Shown piece by piece: positions 56,460 to 64,000 of a DNA stretch of 64,000 nucleotides. The translations under genes were made by a program, and so were the position numbers. The DNA is taken from contig OZ024744.1 of NCBI GenBank assembly GCA_964016885.1, positions 25,110,001 through 25,174,000 of the forward strand, read 5' to 3'. How positions within the stretch are numbered: position 1 is the first letter of the stretch; every line of letters starts with the position of its first letter. This DNA comes from Eledone cirrhosa. Lineage: Eukaryota. The notes under the pieces were generated by a model. The model did no database searches. It was not told the origin of the DNA and was given only the letters and a program-made list of their open reading frames with translations.

Positions 56460-59066
56460 TAGAAACTTTATTGAGTTTATCAGATGAAAGAATGGTATTT
56501 AACTAATTATTGGTACGCGATGGGGCCCACCCACATCCCCGGCTCACAGAATGGAGAAGGCGTTTCCCCGGAGGATGGCAAGGGAGACGCGTTGGAAAAG
56601 CCGCTCCAACTCGCGGGGCTCACACCTGCGGCTGGCCAGCTCAGCGCCTATGGTGGAGGTAGCCCTGGGGCCGAGGACACCAGAAGTCTCCACTGCCAGG
56701 GGAACGACCGCAAACCTTTCGGAGTGCGACCGGTATTTGAGGAGTTTGGCCCCCTGAGCCCGACGTGCAGCAGAACCTGGATCAGTCGCAGACTGCACCA
56801 GGTTGCGGCTGCAGAAAGTGCCGGTGCAAGTAGCATCCCAGACGAGAGGTTTGCTACCGCGGAACGGGAAGATGGTCATGCCATCTGGCCTTTTGCTGTC
56901 CCCTCGATCCAGCCCCACAGGCTCGAGCTGGGAAGGGAAGCCTGCAGCGTCCAATCCATGCTTAATGACCTCGTTGAGAGCAGTATGGCGTGGAATGCGG
57001 CCGGCACTGTGGCGACAGGAAAGCGGGTGGAGGCCGAAAGAGTCCACGGTGGAACCGCATCGACATTGGTGTGGCTGGCAGATCAGGAGGCCGAGCCTCA
57101 GGAAACGCCGATTCGCAGGCTATGGTTATCTAGCTGCGGACCAGTGGAGGAGAGCAGAGCATGGAGCCAGGCAACACTGTGGGGTTTGGAGGCCGCACGA
57201 AAAGAAGCAAGGCGGTGCTGGTCGAGCTGGCGCGTGAGCATGCCTGACGCCAGGCTGCACTGGATGGCATCCCAAGTGCTTTGGGGGGACTTGACGTCAA
57301 CAGGGGGAGAAGGAGGAGGGATGTCTACAGGGCTAAGTCCCAGCCGGTCCCACATCTCACAAGCGGCCTCACGTTCTCTGAACACAGAGGGTTCTGTTGT
57401 GTTTTGAAGAACCCTGCTGATGAGGACGCGGCACGAGTTTACAGACGAAAGATACGCCGGCAAAGCTAGTGAGATCAGGGACCGGAGGCTAAGGCCGCCA
57501 TACCTGACCGGTAAAGTGGCCTGTTGCCACCCTATGTCGTCAAACTTAACGTTGCATATCCCCTCGGCTGCTGCTCGGATACAAGTATCGAGGTCAGCGA
57601 GGAGAGATGTCTGGGTGTAGCATGGAGCGCTGCGGAGTGTATAGAGGAGCTTCGGCATGGCGAAGCAGTTCCTCAGCAGAAAGAGAGCTGGGTGGCCGTC
57701 AATCAAGCCCAGTCGGCTCGTGAGAGTCTGGGGCTGTTGAAGCCTGGACCTGATGGTGGAGCGGATGGCCGGCGGGTGGATCGGTGACCCGAAGATGAGG
57801 ACATCCTCTTTGGGGGTCACCTGAACCTGGCGGAGAATGGACCGCACGTCCAAGACGGAGGCTGCAAAGCTCGCAGCATTGAGGCTGACGTTCAGCACCT
57901 CCGACTTGGCCGAGTTGACCTGGAGGCCGATTCCTGCCAGGGCAGGAATCACCGATTGAAGGTCATGGCAGACCGTCCGTACGGGCCTGCCCAACGTAGC
58001 ATCATCCAGATACCAAACGTTGAGAGGTGCCGTGATACTCCGGGTGATGTGGTCAATACCAAGGGCGAACAGGAGGGGTCCCAAAGGGTCGCCCTGTTGG
58101 ACCCCAGTAGCCGAGGGCATGACCGTATCAGCAGCTAGGAGCATGCTCGGGGCTCCATATGACAGGTAGGCCTGCGGGTAGACAGAGGGGGCTCAGCTGA
58201 GGCAGGCCTCGAGCCGATGATCCCGGCGTAAAGAGTTAAAGGCATTCCTCATGTCAAGCTTGACAATGAGGTGCCTGGAGTCCCTGGATGCCGGTACCGA
58301 TGGGCAGCTGCTGAAGAACTGCCTGATTACATTAGCGGCTCCCTCACAGCCACCGGACACGCCGACACCCAGTTGCACCGGACTACACTCCTCACCCAAT
58401 ACGTGTTTGACGGACTTGCAGATCACCTTGGCAGCCAGCCTCCGGAAGACATTACCACAGCAATGGGGCGTATGCCACCCTCTTTCTTCCTGAGAGCGGT
58501 GAGGCTGGCCGAAATTAAGAGGCCTCGGGCGTAAGGGTCGAGGGCACCATGAATGAGCCTATTGGTGAGCGCCACAATTGCACTCAGAAGGCGGCATCCG
58601 GCCTCAGCGGAGAGGGGGGATGTCAACTCCTTGAGGTAGGTGGCCTGGTCGGAGACCATCAACACCCCCGCAGCTGCTAGCTGGGAAGGACCTGATCGCG
58701 GACATGGTATCTGCATCAGTAGCCACAAGGAGCATGTGGGGGTCGGGTGGGGGGTATGGGTCTGAGATCAGTGGGTGGCTCAGGGTGTTTGAGCCGCAGA
58801 GCAGCGAGGACCTCCTCGGTGGGTTGGAGACAGTGTCCTCTGAGGCAACAACTCTGACTGCGGCCGAGACATCACCCATGATAAGCTTTGCGTTTACCTG
58901 GTCACGCAAACGGTTGGCGCTGGCCTCGGGGGTGGAGGATAGGGGTTCCTTAGGGTGGGGTGTGTGGCGTCCCTGGGCAGGCTTGGAATGGGCGCCCGCC
59001 CAAATGACGAGACATTGGCCTTGACGAATGCTGCTATTGACCAGCCGCCCCGGTCAGCGCCTGTGG
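56460..59066 (-). mobile_element. CRE-clade non-LTR retrotransposon (RT + REL), frameshifted, probably 5'-truncated
   Basis: IRPIAV, QLGVG..GGCE, KLDMRNAFNS, GVQQGDPLGPLLF, WYLDDA, H.LSC..RH..LN, RPDG...P...VWDAT, AVETSG; GC-rich. Confidence 0.85.
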
Positions 59067-59328
59067 AGCATATTTGATATATCCTTATCGAGCCCTCTTT
59101 GGATTTTAGTCTTCGAATTTATTATTATTACTATATATATATATATGTATATATATATATTATAGAATACTGTTAGCTTCTCGCTAAAATAATTTCTATA
59201 CCTTTCATTTATATATATATATACAAGGGTTAAAATACTGGAGTGTGTTGGAGTTAAACACCCTCTTCGTATTCTTGAAATGACAGTAAAAGGTATAGCT
59301 CAATGTAGCTAAACAGAGCCGAAAAATT

Positions 59329-59795
59329 AAGAGAGTAAAACAAAGAAGCCTTCAATACATCAAAAGTCTTTATTAGCCGACAATGTGTGTGTACGTGTGC
59401 GCACATATATACATATGCATATTGTATCTTTTGGATTTTTATTGTAATTTTAATGTTGGTAAAGGTATATTATAGTATATTATATTGTATTATATATAAT
59501 TCCTGCTCTATATAACCACCTTTGTTTAGCTCTAGTGTTTTTTTTTGCTTTGGACTATATTTGTAATATGGTTCTCAATGTTATATACATCCTTAGTAAT
59601 TTTTATCATATATTTTTATTATATATTTTTGTAATACTTTAGTGTATGTACACTCCATATTCTTCGGAGCTTCCGGCTTGTATCTGCCGATATTACTTCT
59701 TGTTGTTTTAATTGCCTTGATGAGTCCTTAATAGGACGAAACATTGTCGGCTAATAAAGACTTTTGATGTATTGAAGGCTTCTTTGTTTTACTCT

Positions 59796-59798
<3 letters not shown>
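59329..59798 (+). mobile_element. Short PLE remnant with 58-bp inverted ends and a hammerhead at 59714-59751
   Basis: gcc TTGATGA gtcct-taat-aggac GAAAC att GTC ggc; 59329-59386 is the reverse complement of 59741-59798. Confidence 0.75.
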
Positions 59799-59867
<69 letters not shown>

Positions 59868-59998
59868 GTGAGGTTTTTTTTACAAAATGAAAAATAACCG
59901 AGGTGTCCTACACGAGTGGAAGTATAAAGAAAAAGGGATGAAATCGAAAATGCAACTGAAGTCTTATTTTTTTAAAAAATATATATATTTATTTGGTT

Positions 59999-60036
59999 CC
60001 TTTACCGGTTTCGCAGTTCTTCTGCTTTTCAAAAGG
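59999..60036 (-). ncRNA. Hammerhead variant (UUGAAAA) in the 3' pseudo-LTR
   Basis: cctt TTGAAAA gcag-aagaa-ctgc GAAAC cg GTA aagg. Confidence 0.7.
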
Positions 60037-60556
60037 TGAGTTGAGATGGAGGGTCTGTGGTTTTTCTCACATCTGGTTGGTCTCTAAATGTTACTTGTTT
60101 TATATGGAAAAAGTGGCTCGAAAACCAGGTTTTTCGAGAAGTAATTTGATTGGTTTGTCAATAATTATAATAAATTTCACGCCAGTTCGCGTTACAATAG
60201 TTCTTCAAATAAGAGAGGGGGGGGGGGGGCGGTTGTCACAGGTTGTTTTTTCATATATGAGTGTTTGAATTTCTTTTTACTTGAAAAAATGAGGCTCACG
60301 AAGGCTTTTTTTGGGGTTGGTTATAAATGAAATTTGGCTGTCACGTGAACAAGTTTTCATTACATTTTTGCGCCCTTATTTGGAAAACTATTCTGTAGTC
60401 TTTATAGTGAATGTTATGACAATGGAGAGATAGTGGTCAAGGGAAAAGGGATTGAGAGAAATGTTCTGGTTCAGTGAATATGGACAGCTGTCAGAGTTCA
60501 GGTGTCAGAGTTCAGATTTTCTATTGAGACTGAAGATATGTGTTTATTTGTGTGCT

Positions 60557-60591
<35 letters not shown>

Positions 60592-63500
60592 ATGTGTGTA
60601 TTGGAAGATGATTCTATTAGTAGAGATGGGGGAGGGAGTTGTGTGTGTGTGTATATGGGTGTTATGTGTGTGTGTGCGAGTATGTTAGATAGAGAGAATA
60701 TATATTTTGTGCGTGTGTATATATATATGTGTGTAGGAAAGTGGTTCTATTAGTAGAAATGGGGAGGGTGTTGTAGGTGTGGGGGTTGTTGTGTGTGTGT
60801 ATGGGTGTTATGTGTGTGGGAGTATGGTTAGCATGTTAAGATGAAGAGAATATATATATATATATATATTGTGTGTGTGTGTATATGTGTGTGTGTAGGA
60901 AAATGATTCCTTTAGTAGGAATATTTTTGAATGAACATATTTTCCTGACTTTTTCGTGTTTGCTATTGTGTTGCCAGTGCAAACGTATGTTTAAGGTTTA
61001 TTTAGTTCGGGTTTTTATTTTCTAAAGTAGAAGGTGTTATGTGTGTGTGTGTATGCCATATTGTGGTGTTGACATAATGTATATTAAACCTTATTTAATG
61101 TTGGTCTATATTTTTGAATAAACATATTTTCCTTATTTATTCGCATTTGTTCTGTTGTATTGTTAGCGCAAAGGTAAAATGGGAAGACTTGGAATTTGGG
61201 TGTCTTATTACTTGCGCAAATGTCTAGATGTGCACTTAGTGGTATCTGTCTCGTGGTTGGATCTCGTAATTGTTGGCGATGAACTGTCATTCTGTTTCTG
61301 AGTGTGAGTTTAGTTTGTCCTATATAATCTTCATTGCATCCTTTACATTTAATGGCATAAATTAGATTTTTTGATGAGCAAGTGAAGTGATTTGTTACAG
61401 TAAAATTTTGTCCTGATTTAAATGTATACGTGTTGCCTTCAATGAGGTGAGTGCAGGTTCCACAATTAGAGCGACCACATTTTTTGATACTTGGTTGTGG
61501 GTTTGTGGTAGGTAATTTGGCATTGGTGAGTAATGTTTTCAGTGATTTTGGTTGTCTTTTGCTTTTGATTATTTTGTGTGTTTCAAGGGCTTTTTTCATT
61601 CTTGGGTTTTGTTTTAGTAGTGGGATGTTATTGTGAATAGTGTTGTAAGCTTCCGCATTTCTTGGGTTGTGTGTTGAGATATATGATAGAATATTGGACG
61701 TACCTTGAATTTGTTTCTGTTTCCGTAATTCATCAATGCCTATTGCTTTAGCCCTTTCTATTCCATTATTTATTAGTAATAGTGGGTACTCTCTCTCAAG
61801 TAGAATTTCCTTTAATTCTTGAAGTCTTTTATTTCGCGTTTCATAATTGGAGACAATTGTGCAAATTCTTCTTGCTAGGTTAAAAGGAATGTTCGTCTTC
61901 GTGTGCTTTGGATGGTTGGAGGTGAATAGCAGATATTGTTTGGAATCTGTTGGTTTGTAGTGTATGTCAGTTTCGATATTTGTGTCTTTTTTGTGATTAA
62001 GATGTCCAGAATTGGGAGTTGATCTTGGCTGTATTCCATTGTGAATTGGATGTGGTTATTGATGCCGTTTATTAAGTTTTTGAAATCCTTCAGTTGGTCG
62101 AGTGTGTGGGACCAAAGAATGAGGCAATCATCCAAGTAGCGTTTCCAATTCTCTGATAAATATTTGTGGAAGTTCAATCCGTATTTTGATTTGGACTGTT
62201 CATATATCTGGACTTCTAAGTATGCCATGACTAAGTTGGCATAAGTTGGAGCGGCTTTTGTGCCCATCGCAGTCCCCGATATTTGCTTGTAAGTATTGCC
62301 ATCGAAATCAAAAAAGTTGTCTGTAGGATGAATTTTAATCCCTCGGTGATGAAGCTTTTTTCTATTCTGTCAGGTATCTCATTGGGATATTTCTCTAGCC
62401 AGAATCCTATTGCTTCTAGTCCGTATTGGTGTGGGATCGTTGTGTAGAGATTCACTACATCGAAAGACACAATAATAGTGTCGTTGTTGACATGTTTGGG
62501 GAGGTGGTTAAAGAGGTCCAGATCGTCTCTTACAAGGCTTGGTATGTGTTTTAGTATTGGTTTCAGTAGTATGTCTATAAAGTTGCTCAATCTGTGTGTT
62601 TCACATTGTGGGCCCGCTACAATTGGTCTTGATTTAAGGTCTGTGGGGTATTGTGTGTTCACGCAGGCTGAGGTGGATTGTTTACAGGCATCGTTGATTA
62701 TTTTACATTTGTGGATCTTCGGAAGTCCGTAAAGGTTGCTGGTTTTGTATTCAAAATTTGTTAAATAATCGCGTTCCTTTTTAGTTAGGTCTTCCTGGTA
62801 TCGATAAATCAGTGTGTTTAATTTGGTCATTATTTTTTATTGCTGGTAGTTTTTTACTCTTTCATAGTAATTAGCATTTTGTAAGAGAGAGAACATAGAA
62901 TTTTTATATTTTTCAGCCTCCATAATGACAACAGTACTTCCCTTGTCCGCTTCCTTAATTACAATGTCCGGATTGTTTTTTAGTTCATGGATAATCTCCC
63001 ATTCCCTTCGACTTGTGTTGGGTTTGGGTTTAGGTTGCGGTAGTTCATGGTATGGGAAGGTAGCTATGTGGTCACAAAATTTGTCCAGAACTCTGTTTCT
63101 ACCTTTTGTTGGGTTGTAGCTGCTTTTATTCCGTACAATTGATTCGTCGTTATTCTCCTTGTCAAAGAATTCCTCTGTGAGACGTAATTTTCTACAGAAG
63201 TGTGAGATATCGTCATTTATCTCGTTGGGGTTAGGATATTGTGGTGTTGGTGTGAATTTCAGACCTTTGGAGAGAATTTTTACTTGTTGGGCTGAGAGGT
63301 TTGTATTTGAAATGTTAATTATTTTCGGTTTTTCAAAATCGGTTTGTGCCACCGGGTGTCGTGAGTCCTGTAGCCTTGGTCTAAAAAATGATTTTTCTGG
63401 AATGTTTTTTCATTGGTATTATTATTATATCTAATGGTATTTCCCCTGTTGTTGTGTGGTCTTGTATAGAAGTTTCGGACGTATTGAGGTTCGGTTTGTT

Positions 63501-63864
63501 GATAGTCCGGGTTGTAGATTTGGTTCCTTTGTCGCAAAAATGTAATGAAAACTTGTTCACGTGACAGCCAAATTTCATTTATAACCAACCAAAAAAAAGC
63601 CTTCGTGAGCCTCATTTTTTCAAGTAAAAAGAAATTCAAACACTCATATATGAAAAAACAACCTGTGACAACCCCCCCCCCCCCTCTCTTATTTGAAGAA
63701 CTATTGTAACGCGAACTGGCGCGATATTTATTATAATTATTGACAAACCAATCAAATTACTTCTCGAAAAACCTGGTTTTCGAGCCACTTTTTCCATATA
63801 AAACAAGTAACATTTAGAGACCAACCAGATGTGAGAAAAACCACAGACCCTCCATCTCAACTCA

Positions 63865-63902
63865 CCTTTTGAAAAGCAGAAGAACTGCGAAACCGGTAAA
63901 GG
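63865..63902 (+). ncRNA. Hammerhead variant (UUGAAAA) in the inverted pseudo-LTR
   Basis: Identical motif to 59999-60036 on the opposite strand. Confidence 0.7.
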
Positions 63903-64000
63903 AACCAAATAAATATATATATTTTTTAAAAAAATAAGACTTCAGTTGCATTTTCGATTTCATCCCTTTTTCTTTATATATATATATATATATATATATA

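Larger units (their letters stand above)
59861..63978 (-). mobile_element. Near-full-length Neptune-type PLE with ~450-bp inverted pseudo-LTRs (59923-60372 and 63533-63978)
   Basis: LSKGLKFTPTP, KEADKG, YGLPKIHK, RPIV, SFDVVNLYT, MGT..AP.YANL, RYLDD, CGRSNCGTC...C, LIY.I.C..C...YIGQT; several frameshifts. Confidence 0.92.

Noticed and set aside
56484-57407. 307-aa plus-strand ORF
   Set aside because: Antisense shadow of the GC-rich CRE coding region

Overview
AT-rich, microsatellite-saturated eukaryotic DNA, very probably a coleoid cephalopod (Octopus-like). That call rests on a GC-rich 18S fragment with large expansion segments, Octopus-type tRNA SINEs and the retroelement set. I found no convincing host protein-coding gene; most ORFs in the track are translations of simple repeats. 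The window is a nested retroelement graveyard: Penelope-like elements (PLEs; two Naiad-type ORFs, one Neptune-type, several fragments, often as inverted pseudo-LTR structures), a near-full-length R4/Dong element in (TAA)n, a second R4-like family in (TATG)n, Tx1/L1-like 3' halves, an RTE fragment with a 610-bp RTE-derived non-autonomous family, a GC-rich CRE-clade element, SINEs and a non-autonomous Helitron. It also holds an orphan 18S-ITS1 rDNA piece and a 4-kb 15-mer minisatellite. The most striking non-obvious signal is about 20 hand-foldable type I hammerhead ribozyme motifs with at least four core variants (CUGANGA, UUGAUGA, UUGAAAA, CAGAAGA). One of them forms a recurring 75-bp hammerhead-only unit, and a copy of that unit terminates the CRE locus. 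All family calls come from motif recognition by eye, not database searches.
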